NCBI GenBank assembly: GCA_050293845.1
Contig: JBNKNM010000066.1
Location: forward strand, 1-25,792
Direction: 5' to 3'
Length of the DNA: 25,792 nt
From: Pseudobacteriovorax sp.
GTDB taxonomy: Bacteria > Bdellovibrionota_B > Oligoflexia > Oligoflexales > Oligoflexaceae
Within the stretch, counting starts at the first letter, position 1. Every line of letters starts with the position of its first letter. The position numbers and the translations under genes were made by a program. Of this stretch, positions 8,163 to 16,135 are shown piece after piece. The notes under the pieces were generated by a model that was not told where the DNA came from, did no database searches, and saw nothing but the letters and a program-made list of their open reading frames with translations.

Positions 8163-9494
8163 TTAGGCCGCATGATCGAAACGATTACTAATATTTAAAA
8201 TCATTTTTTCCAGATCAGTTTTTAACTTTTCAGCCCAGCTGCTCAAAAGGTTACCAACAAGAAGGGCTGGTATGGCTACAATCAAACCAAACATTGTGGT
8301 GATAAGAGCCTCAGAGATACCACTGGAGAGCAATTTAGGATCTCCGGTACCAACTTCCGTAATAATGTCGAATGTCGCGATCATACCCGTAACTGTTCCT
8401 AGCAAACCTAGTAAAGGAGCAACAGCCGATACAACCAAAATAAAGGTGTTGAATCGATCAAGCTTCTTGGTTTGCTCAATATAGCCTTCAGCTATAATAT
8501 CTTCGAATTTTTGCGAGTGGATGTTCATTAGTGCTAGCTCAACGAGTCGAGCCGATCCACCTTTTAACTTAGATACAACATTAAATAGGTCGTCTGCATT
8601 TTTACTGTTATTATTCAATTGCTTTTCGGCAATTTTATGGTTGGATTGAAAATTTCTTAAAATTAGAGCCCGAATGATGATGGCAATGATTGCTACGATA
8701 CCAAGAATTGTGATGACCCAACCAATGCTCCCTCCATTTTTTAATGTTTCCATTAACCTTTTTGGCTCGGGTGGCGTTTGATCTTTCTCTAAAGAGTCGA
8801 ATAAAAACATTTCTAAGGAGTCACCTTTTTGTTGAGAAAGGGGAGCGATAGTCTTACCATTTTCATCAGCCCAAACCTTAAGGCGGCCTTTTCCAGCGGG
8901 AGCTAACGCACCACTTCCCTGTTCTGATTCTGCAAAAGCACCGATCTGACCAATGTAGGTTACCTGCCCTGTAGTTTTACGACCATCTTTGAGAAAAAAT
9001 TCTTCATTCACACTTCGCACTTCATTTAATGTGCGTAAGGCTTGGATAGCCTGTCTATAGTTGAATCTTAGTTTCTCAATGAAACCCAAAGAATTTTCTG
9101 CTATAGGAAAGTTATGGTAGGTTAGGGTATCGTTCGATTGTAAAAGCGTCATCTCGAGATTTTGCTTTTGGTCATCAAAATCAGCAACCTCTTTTTGTAC
9201 TTTTGTAACTTCTTTTTCTAGCTGGTTACTTGTTTGTTTGAGTGATAATTGCTGGGTTTGGAGTAGTGTGATTTCTGTGTTTAGTTTTTTGATGTCTGTC
9301 TCATAGGTAGATTTTTGCCGTATCAACCTTTCTTTAAGCAAACGCTTTTCTTTACGCAGAAATATGAGTTCTTTTTGGTAGGCATCTTCCAGGCTGCTGA
9401 CTTCCACTTGTTTACTATTAGGGATATCCTTACTTTGCGTGAAGACAGAAGTCGCAACAACGATGTTTACTATTATTATAATTGCTCGTAACAT
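8163..9494 (-). CDS. Long MotA/TolQ/ExbB-family protein with periplasmic coiled coil (TtpC-like)
   Basis: The ATG at 9494 is preferred (GAGG upstream, no overlap). Signal peptide, long coiled coil, then GG-IGWVI TM and APLLGLLGTVTGMIATF / GDPKLLSSGISEALITTMFGL. Confidence 0.92.
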   Translation of the reverse strand: MLRAIIIIVNIVVATSVFTQSKDIPNSKQVEVSSLEDAYQKELIFLRKEKRLLKERLIRQKSTYETDIKKLNTEITLLQTQQLSLKQTSNQLEKEVTKVQKEVADFDDQKQNLEMTLLQSNDTLTYHNFPIAENSLGFIEKLRFNYRQAIQALRTLNEVRSVNEEFFLKDGRKTTGQVTYIGQIGAFAESEQGSGALAPAGKGRLKVWADENGKTIAPLSQQKGDSLEMFLFDSLEKDQTPPEPKRLMETLKNGGSIGWVITILGIVAIIAIIIRALILRNFQSNHKIAEKQLNNNSKNADDLFNVVSKLKGGSARLVELALMNIHSQKFEDIIAEGYIEQTKKLDRFNTFILVVSAVAPLLGLLGTVTGMIATFDIITEVGTGDPKLLSSGISEALITTMFGLIVAIPALLVGNLLSSWAEKLKTDLEKMILNISNRFDHAA

Positions 9495-9510
9495 GATGAT
9501 CCTCTTTATA

Positions 9511-10248
9511 CTAAAGAAATTTTGGTAAGTTAAATGTACCCACACGAATTTGCTTTTTAAGCATTACAAAAATATCGTCAAGCTTTTGCTTTTGAGTATC
9601 GTCTTCTACTATCGACACAACCCACTGATTGTCTTTTTTTCGGACAAGACCATATTTTTCATTCGGCGATTTAAAATAGAATGTCATCATTCCGATTTTA
9701 GCCAACTCGCAGAGCTGTTCGTCACCATCTACTTTAATGACTTGTTTATAAATTCCGATGTCTTTTTGCAGCCTTAATTCATCTTCTATAAATCCCCAAA
9801 TCCTATTTGCGGCTTTATAAGGAGATACCTGATTATTCTTGACTTCGACTTCAAATTTTTCGACCATTTGTAGTCGTTCTTGGCTTCTAAAGGGAAGCGA
9901 AGAGATAATATATTGTTTAAGTTCAGATCCGGTGTCCTCTACAAGAGATTGTATATCGGTGTTTCCGGAAAATTTAACTTTTAAGGCATCAATAGCGGAA
10001 TTCTTTTGTTGGTGCAGTTGCTTGATTTTTAGCTCTTCCCTTTGATTTGTGGCCATGAGATCGGATTTCATTAAATTAAGAGACTGGATACGAGATCGGA
10101 AATCGTCTTTGTTTTGCTCGATCTCGTCATGAACGGTTTCAATCGAAGATCGCAGCTTGATTAATTCTTCTGCTAATTTGTCAATAGGTTCCGTTGTTGC
10201 GAGGGCATTTCCCGAAATTAGAATGATTGCCAGTGCTGTTCGTAACAT
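9511..10248 (-). CDS. DUF3450-family exported coiled-coil protein (TtpB-like)
   Basis: Signal peptide ending ALA, coiled coil, SLPFRSQERL and LAKIGMMTFYF motifs; first gene of a ttpB-ttpC-exbB-exbD-tonB-TPR arrangement. Confidence 0.85.
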   Translation of the reverse strand: MLRTALAIILISGNALATTEPIDKLAEELIKLRSSIETVHDEIEQNKDDFRSRIQSLNLMKSDLMATNQREELKIKQLHQQKNSAIDALKVKFSGNTDIQSLVEDTGSELKQYIISSLPFRSQERLQMVEKFEVEVKNNQVSPYKAANRIWGFIEDELRLQKDIGIYKQVIKVDGDEQLCELAKIGMMTFYFKSPNEKYGLVRKKDNQWVVSIVEDDTQKQKLDDIFVMLKKQIRVGTFNLPKFL

Positions 10249-10274
10249 TGTTTACTCCATCAATTTAAATTGAA

Positions 10275-10296
10275 GAAGGAAACTTAAGTTTCCTTC
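10275..10296. repeat. Perfect 22-bp palindrome upstream of the TonB-system operon
   Basis: GAAGGAAACTT|AAGTTTCCTTC, read directly. Confidence 0.85.
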
Positions 10297-10414
10297 AAGT
10301 AGATTAATTTAGCGACTACGGGACTTCAGTTTGTTCTAGCAAGCTTATGATCTCATCATTTAAATCAGTACCATATTGTTCAAGGGTTTTCGCATAAAGC
10401 AAAGCATTCATCTC

Positions 10415-10705
10415 TCAGCCGCGAGATATAACCACTAGTCTGGTGCCGTTGTCGATCAAAAGTTTATAAAATATAGAGTTTCCGTTACCAATGATAATGG
10501 ATAGTCCATTGACTCCATCGATTACGCTATTAATTATTTCTTCGCCTTGTTTAACAAGAAATTTGAAGGCACCAATTTCAAGCTGTATATCACCTTGTGT
10601 CGGAGATTCAATGAAATCATCTTTTGTTGATGATTTGGAACAACCACTGAATATTAAAATAGCAATAAAGCCAAAAAAAATTGCTTTAGCAAAACTGATT
10701 TTCAT
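10415..10705 (-). CDS. Small lipoprotein of unknown function, possibly truncated by a premature TGA
   Basis: Lipobox IFSGC and AAGGA RBS. The frame stays open for 32 codons past the TGA, to TAG at 10316-10318. Confidence 0.65.
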   Translation of the reverse strand: MKISFAKAIFFGFIAILIFSGCSKSSTKDDFIESPTQGDIQLEIGAFKFLVKQGEEIINSVIDGVNGLSIIIGNGNSIFYKLLIDNGTRLVVISRG

Positions 10706-10749
10706 AAATCATCCTTTTGTTTCTTTTGTTTTTCAAAGAACCTTTCCTC

Positions 10750-10787
10750 AAAAAATGAGGTGGGCTGGTCAATCCCAGCCCAGCCTC
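10750..10787 (-). terminator. Rho-independent terminator of the 10788..11432 gene
   Basis: Minus strand GAGGC-TGGGCTGG-GATTGA-CCAGCCCA-CCTC followed by ATTTTTT, directly after the stop codon. Confidence 0.85.
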
Positions 10788-11432
10788 TTAGTTACGAGCA
10801 CTGGTTGTCCAGCTAGCTGTCCAATCCATTGATCCAAAGGCACCGATGAAGTCAGCTTCATCAAACCATAAATCAAAAGGGGTTAGCCCAGCTCCTAGAA
10901 GTGGAGACCCACTCATTGGCTTGAAACCAACCAATTTCCCATCATTACCTGCTTTATTTGTAGAATCTGAGAAGAAAAGTGTATCAACTGGTAGATTGTC
11001 ATCATCAAGTGTTAATTCAATATTACAGTTTAAATAGGTAGTTTCGATTAAGGTCTGGTTGTTATTGATAGTTGAATCATCGTCGATATCAAGACAGCTG
11101 TTGTTAAATCTTGTTACATAGGTATCATGAAGGGTGATGCCTGTGCCACGACGCAAATGCACTCCAGAGCCGATAGCGATGCCTGATGACGCTCCATTTG
11201 AAAGATTTTTAGGATCAGAGCCTAGATCTTGGCCAATGAAAACGCCACCAGAAAGCACCCAATCGTTACTAGCAGTCAGGATGATATCATTTGTGTAAAT
11301 ACCGTAAAGCTTACATACAGATCGTGCCCCTTTCGTTCCGATTTCGTCAGTGCCAGTAGGGCAACTAGCCATTGCTGATAATGTTACTAAACTGGAGGCT
11401 AATATAGCTGTGCTTAAGTATTTAATTGCCAT
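10788..11432 (-). CDS. Exported paralogue of the 539..1849 protein lacking its central region (in-frame internal deletion; possible pseudogene)
   Basis: CKLYGIYTNDIILT..DWVLSGGVFIG matches CKLSGTYTEDLTLT..LWVLSGKVGVG. GSGVHLRRGTG...CLDIDD...WTASWT matches GNGLFFRRGTG...CLRVDD...WTAGWT. Sec-type signal ending AMA. Confidence 0.8.
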   Translation of the reverse strand: MAIKYLSTAILASSLVTLSAMASCPTGTDEIGTKGARSVCKLYGIYTNDIILTASNDWVLSGGVFIGQDLGSDPKNLSNGASSGIAIGSGVHLRRGTGITLHDTYVTRFNNSCLDIDDDSTINNNQTLIETTYLNCNIELTLDDDNLPVDTLFFSDSTNKAGNDGKLVGFKPMSGSPLLGAGLTPFDLWFDEADFIGAFGSMDWTASWTTSARN

Positions 11433-11983
11433 GTTAAAATCCCTTTTAGTAATTCAATTCCTTTGATTAAGGCATGTTAAATATAACAGAGAGGCTAAAA
11501 TGATGGATAAAACGAGGGTTAAGATTGTTTAAAATATAAACATCAAACTATCTCATCTATGAAGCTTAGGTTTTTAATGGTTTCATAGAATGAACTATAG
11601 AAATAAATAAGTTAAGAAGACATGTTTGGTTTGCGACAGTGATTCTCAAGGTGGCAAAAGTGACGATAAATTCCTTACAGAAAGCAACCATTGAGGTGAC
11701 TGATGTTAAGGAAAAGTAGGATGGAGCGCCACCTAGACTAGCTGTGTAAACTACCTGTAATTATGAAGCCTTATCTGTAGTTTCTTCCTGAAATCATAGC
11801 AAGTCGTCGATATTTTTCAGCTGACTCAGTGAATGCCCTCGATTCTTTATAAGAGCTTTTTTTCTCTCCCTTAGATCCGCATGTTTGAAACTATCGTGGA
11901 TTCTTGTAGAACCATATTTCATTGCTTTGATCATAATTGGGGTATTTGCATTGCGTGTTGAGTCAAGATTGGTCTTTGTTGAA

Positions 11984-12002
11984 AAATTTATAATAAATTT
12001 AT
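11984..12002 (+). promoter_or_regulatory. Candidate Pho box upstream of phoX
   Basis: Direct repeat AAATTTAT at 11984 and 11995 (11-bp period), about 60 bp before the phoX ATG. Confidence 0.4.
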
Positions 12003-12064
12003 TTTTTCTGGATTGTTTAGCCTTAAAAATCTCTTCGCCAAATTAACAATAGGGATAAGATGAA

Positions 12065-14020
12065 ATGACGCAGCAAAACCTATTAAATGATCTATTAGCA
12101 TCCAAGTTAGCCAGAAGAAAATTTTTAACCGATGGAGTGGGAGCTGCCGCAGCTGTGACCTTTTTAGGTGGTCAGCTAAGTTCTTGTAGTGAAGATGATA
12201 AAAATCAAGATGGTTTGCAAGACCCTGACTCTGAGACGGGGCTTATCGATTTAGATCCTAATTTGATAGGCTTTAAGCGGATAGATCCGGTTCTCGATGA
12301 GACTTTTGATTCTATAGTCGTGCCTGAGGGATACACGGCTACGGCTTTTTTTAGTTGGGGAGACCCGGTTGTCCCGGAAGCACCTTCATGGCTAGCTGAT
12401 GGCACTAATACAGCCGAAGACCAAGAGAAGCAAGCTGGTCAAAATCACGATGGTATGCATTACTTTCCCTTAAATGGTTCTTCAGATCATGGGCTCTTGG
12501 TTATGAACCATGAGTATATTAACCAAAATCACCTACATCCTGATGGAGCCTCTGCCATGGACAAAGACGGACCCGCCCGTCCGGAAGTTGAAGTCTACAA
12601 AGAGCAGGCTGCCCACGGAGTTAGTATTATTGAGATCAAAAAAATTGATGGGATTTGGTCTATCATCAATGACTCCCTTTACAATAGACGCATTCACGGA
12701 CGGACGAAAATAAATTTATCGGGTCCCGTTGCTGGCCACGATCGTTTAAAAACCCTATCTGAACAAGAGGGACGGGTCGTATTTGGTACCTACAATAATT
12801 GTTCTATGGGTTATACTCCTTGGGGAACCTACCTCGCCTGTGAGGAAAATTTCCAAGGATACTTTGCTGATAGAAGTGCCGATAATCCTGTGGGACCTTA
12901 CCAAAAAGAAAGCCGTGAACACAAGCGCTATGGTATCGGCAAAACCTCTAAATACCGTTGGGAAACTGCTCAGGAACGCTTTGATGCAACTCCAAATAGT
13001 GATTTAGAACATGGTGGGTATGTTCACGAACCCAATAAATTTGGTTGGGTTGTGGAAATTGATCCCTTTGACCCTAAATCGACTCCTGTTAAGAGAACTG
13101 CTATGGGCCGATTGGTCAGGGAATGTTCGACCCTTTCTCTCGCAGGGGATGGTACTTTTGCATTCTATATGGGCGATGATACTCGCGGGGAGTATCTTTA
13201 TAAGTTCGTTCCAAATGAGAAGTTTGATAGCAAAAGTCCTGATGCAAGCCGCGATGCTTTGGATAATGGTAAGTTATTTGTGGCAGCCTTTTATGAAGAT
13301 GGCAGTGGTGAATGGCTGTTGCTGAAGCATGGCAGTAACGGTCTAACGGCGATGAATGGCTTTATAGATCAAGCTGATGTCTTGATTAACGCCCGGGGTG
13401 CTGCAGACCATGTCGGCGCTACACCTATGGATCGCCCGGAGTGGGTTGCCGTTAATCCACTGACACAAGACGTTTATGTAACTTTAACCAATAATTCAAA
13501 ACGTGGTAATGATGATCCTCGCCAGGCTATCAACCCGGTGAATCCCAGACAGGCTAACCTTCATGGGCATATAGTTAAACTTTCAGAAAAACACGGTTCC
13601 CCCGCTGCCACCACTTTTAACTGGGATATCTTCCTTCTTGCCGGCGATCCCAGTGCGGAAGAGGAGAATTTGAGGGGGAATATCAAGGGCGATATTTTCT
13701 CAAGCCCGGACGGCCTCTATTTTGATCAACAAGGTCGCTTATGGATTCAGACCGACTACGGAGACGATGAAGAGCAAAATAAGCCTTTTGGCTTAAACCA
13801 AATGCTGGCCGCTCATCCCGTTACTAAAGAGGTGAAACGCTTTTTCGTTGGACCAAAAGGATGCGAGGTCACCGGTATAACCAAAACTCCAGATGGTAAA
13901 ACTATGTTTATAAATGTTCAGCATCCCGGTCTCTCTTTTCCTGAAAGTGATGGTAAAACTAGACCGCGTTCGTCGACCATCCTAATTCAAAAAAAGAATG
14001 GTGGTGTCGTTGGTACCTAA
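12065..14020 (+). CDS. phoX: PhoX-family alkaline phosphatase, Tat-exported, probably lipid-anchored
   Basis: Tat motif ARRKFL and lipobox LSSC; PhoX motifs GQNHDGM, MNHEY, AAHGVS, NNCSMGYTPWGTYLACEEN, FGWVVEIDP, MGDD, MDRPEW, SPDGL, WIQTD, EVTG, NVQHPG. Confidence 0.97.
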   Translation: MTQQNLLNDLLASKLARRKFLTDGVGAAAAVTFLGGQLSSCSEDDKNQDGLQDPDSETGLIDLDPNLIGFKRIDPVLDETFDSIVVPEGYTATAFFSWGDPVVPEAPSWLADGTNTAEDQEKQAGQNHDGMHYFPLNGSSDHGLLVMNHEYINQNHLHPDGASAMDKDGPARPEVEVYKEQAAHGVSIIEIKKIDGIWSIINDSLYNRRIHGRTKINLSGPVAGHDRLKTLSEQEGRVVFGTYNNCSMGYTPWGTYLACEENFQGYFADRSADNPVGPYQKESREHKRYGIGKTSKYRWETAQERFDATPNSDLEHGGYVHEPNKFGWVVEIDPFDPKSTPVKRTAMGRLVRECSTLSLAGDGTFAFYMGDDTRGEYLYKFVPNEKFDSKSPDASRDALDNGKLFVAAFYEDGSGEWLLLKHGSNGLTAMNGFIDQADVLINARGAADHVGATPMDRPEWVAVNPLTQDVYVTLTNNSKRGNDDPRQAINPVNPRQANLHGHIVKLSEKHGSPAATTFNWDIFLLAGDPSAEEENLRGNIKGDIFSSPDGLYFDQQGRLWIQTDYGDDEEQNKPFGLNQMLAAHPVTKEVKRFFVGPKGCEVTGITKTPDGKTMFINVQHPGLSFPESDGKTRPRSSTILIQKKNGGVVGT

Positions 14021-14045
14021 GTCCTTATGAATGAAGTCATTCTTT

Positions 14046-14073
14046 GCCGAAGTTCGGAAATTCGGACTTCGGC
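14046..14073. terminator. Stem-loop after phoX
   Basis: GCCGAAGTTCG-GAAATT-CGGACTTCGGC, 25 nt after the phoX stop. Confidence 0.7.
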
Positions 14074-14100
14074 GTACATATTTTACAGGGCAACTTGCAA

Positions 14101-14193
14101 TTACATATCCGCTATCACTTGCTCTCTAATGCCTTCTAGGTCGTCAAGAAGGTCACTAATATCTTCTATTCCGAGAGACAGTCAGACGATTTT
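14101..14193 (-). pseudogene. C-terminal remnant of a Cys/Met-metabolism PLP-dependent (trans-sulfuration, MetB/MetC/MetY-like) enzyme
   Basis: Manual translation KIV*LSLGIEDISDLLDDLEGIREQVIADM* resembles the family C-terminal motif RLSVGIEDxxDLxxDL; TGA at 14182-14184 sits where Arg is expected. Confidence 0.6.
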
Positions 14194-14278
14194 TTGTCGC
14201 ATTGCAGTCCAAAAATATCAGGTTTTTCTTTACCTTATCCTCGGGAACCAGACGTTTATCTTGCTCAGTACGCATCTT

Positions 14279-14404
14279 TGCTAGGTGGAGGAATGGGAGT
14301 GACGACTGGGGCAGCTCATCGTCCATAGCTTGATGAATCGTGTTATCAGGGCAAATCAAAAAATCAACTCCGAGACGCGATAGCTTACGAGCAATGTCTT
14401 TCAT
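14279..14404 (-). pseudogene. Fragment of an aspartate/glutamate racemase-family gene
   Basis: ARKLSRLGVDFLICPDNTIHQAMD...SSLPFLHLA matches the first active-site region of Asp/Glu racemases. Only about 42 aa remain, then similarity is lost. Confidence 0.75.
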
Positions 14405-14490
14405 TTAATCACAAATAGTTCTACTCTTATTCTTGGTCATGAAATTAAGGTTTAAGTAAGAATGTCCAGAAGTTGGTCCAGGAGGCGCTC

Positions 14491-14519
14491 TAGCCAATCA
14501 AAAGTTAAAAGGATATAAT
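14491..14519 (+). promoter_or_regulatory. Candidate sigma70 promoter of the sqr operon
   Basis: TAGCCA (14491-14496), 17-bp spacer, TATAAT (14514-14519). Confidence 0.55.
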
Positions 14520-14545
14520 AAAATTCCAAAATGGGGAGGTTTGAC

Positions 14546-15775
14546 ATGAAGCGTATAGTTATTCTTGGGGCTGGAACGGGAGGAACCGCCGCAGCCAATC
14601 ATCTTAGGAAAGAATACAGTCCAGAAGAATTGGACATTATTGTTGTCGATCGCAATAACCTTCACATATACCAACCAGGATTACTCTTTGTTCCTTTTGG
14701 GATATACAAACCAGATGATATTATCCGTCCCCGCATTGATCAACTGGCCAGCGGTATTCGCTATACCCAAAGTGAGATCAAACAGATCGATCCCCAGGCC
14801 AACCAGGTCAGCCTGAGTAATGGCGACACTTACGCCTACGATGTACTTGTGATCGCCACTGGTACAGAATTGTTACCCCAGGAAACCGAGGGGCTGACTG
14901 GCACGGGATGGCAAGAAAACATCTTCGATTTTTACAGCCTTGATGGCGCAGTCAAACTCGCCTCCTTCCTTGATAGCTGGCAAGGTGGAAAACTTGTGGT
15001 CAACGTGGTTGATATGCCCATCAAATGTCCGGTCGCGCCGTTAGAATTTGTTTTTCTTGCTGACTGGTTTTTCCATGAACGAAAGATGCGAGAAAAGGTC
15101 GATATATCTTTTGTAACTCCTCTCGATGGGGCTTTCACAAAGCCTATAGCCTCTAAAGCCCTGCAAAGTCTGCTGGAAGAGAAAAATATCCAAGTTCAGA
15201 CCGAATTCAACACAAGCATTGTTGATGGCAATAAAGGTACAATTGTCAGTTATGATGAAAGAGAGATTCCTTATGATCTCCTGGTAACGGTACCACTCCA
15301 CGGTGGTGCTGAGTTTATAGCTAGATCACCAGGCTTGGGTGATGAACTAAACTTTGTAAAAACAGATAAAGCGACTTTACAATCGACGCTAGCTGAAAAT
15401 ATCTTTGCTATTGGAGATGCCACAACTTTGCCGACCTCAAAAGCTGGTTCCGTCACCCACTTTGAAGTGGAAATTCTCGTCAAAAATATCGCTTCATTTT
15501 TTAAGGGTCAAGCACTCCAAAGCCATTTTGATGGCCATGCCAACTGTTTTATTGAAACCGGTTTCCATCAAGCTCTGCTAATCGACTTTAACTATGAAGT
15601 TGAACCACAAAAGGGTCATTTTCCATTTAAATTTGGACCATTGCCCTTACTCAAAGAGTCAAAAATGAACCATATTGGTAAAATGATGTTTCACTGGATG
15701 TACTGGAATTTTTTACTCCCAGCTAGGCCCATGCCTGGCATTACCAGTCGGATGAAGATAACGGGTAAATTTTAG
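14546..15775 (+). CDS. sqr: Sulfide:quinone oxidoreductase, type III-like flavoprotein
   Basis: The ATG at 14546 is preferred (GGAGG at 14535-14539). GAGTGG FAD fingerprint, HIYQPGLLFVP, VIATG, IKCPVAPLE and GHANCFIETG with both active-site cysteines, IFAIGD and SKAGS. Confidence 0.9.
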   Translation: MKRIVILGAGTGGTAAANHLRKEYSPEELDIIVVDRNNLHIYQPGLLFVPFGIYKPDDIIRPRIDQLASGIRYTQSEIKQIDPQANQVSLSNGDTYAYDVLVIATGTELLPQETEGLTGTGWQENIFDFYSLDGAVKLASFLDSWQGGKLVVNVVDMPIKCPVAPLEFVFLADWFFHERKMREKVDISFVTPLDGAFTKPIASKALQSLLEEKNIQVQTEFNTSIVDGNKGTIVSYDEREIPYDLLVTVPLHGGAEFIARSPGLGDELNFVKTDKATLQSTLAENIFAIGDATTLPTSKAGSVTHFEVEILVKNIASFFKGQALQSHFDGHANCFIETGFHQALLIDFNYEVEPQKGHFPFKFGPLPLLKESKMNHIGKMMFHWMYWNFLLPARPMPGITSRMKITGKF

Positions 15776-15799
15776 TCCACGATTCGAAAGGAGTGAGCG

Positions 15800-16117
15800 A
15801 TGACAAGTAAGGAATATGCAGGCACGAATGTGGAGGTAGACGACGAAGGGTTCATGCTTGACGCTGATGCTTGGAGTGAGGATATAGCAAAAGCTGTGGC
15901 AGCTGAGCATGGCATTGAAAATCTAAGCGAAAATCACTGGAAGGTGATTCATTTTATGAGGCAGAAATTTCACACTGATGGTACAGCACCCTCGGTTCGA
16001 GCGCTTGGCAAACAATCCGGGGTATCCATCAAAGAACTCTATCAACTTTTTCCCAAAGGCCCTGCTAAATTAGCCGCTAAAATTGCTGGCGTCCCCAAAC
16101 CACGAGGTTGTATTTAG
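15800..16117 (+). CDS. TusE/DsrC/DsvC-family sulfur-relay protein with a single C-terminal Cys
   Basis: VDDEGF, W-E-IA, HWKVI-FMR, LYQLFPKGPAK-A-KIAGVPKPRGCI; AGGAG RBS. Confidence 0.93.
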   Translation: MTSKEYAGTNVEVDDEGFMLDADAWSEDIAKAVAAEHGIENLSENHWKVIHFMRQKFHTDGTAPSVRALGKQSGVSIKELYQLFPKGPAKLAAKIAGVPKPRGCI

Positions 16118-16135
16118 CCGAGAAAGGATGACATC

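Noticed and set aside
1467..10832. Short ORFs overlapping the receptor/TonB operon (e.g. 2273..2524, 3289..3591, 7361..7735, 10491..10832)
   Set aside because: Mostly antisense to strongly supported genes, with no recognisable motifs.
11490..11535. Repeated TAAA/TAAG words upstream of the 214-aa gene as a Pho box
   Set aside because: Spacing is irregular (12, 12, 10) in very AT-rich DNA.
11629..11641. GTTTGCGACAGTG resembling a solo IS6 inverted repeat that could pair with 451..467
   Set aside because: Terminal GG/CC missing, no adjacent transposase, and a 13-bp match is too short to support a composite transposon.
11794..11934. 46-aa minus-strand ORF MIKAMKYGSTRIHDSF...
   Set aside because: Short, with no clear RBS or recognisable family.
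14027..14284. 85-aa plus-strand ORF after phoX
   Set aside because: Spans the phoX terminator hairpin and is antisense to the pseudogene remnants.
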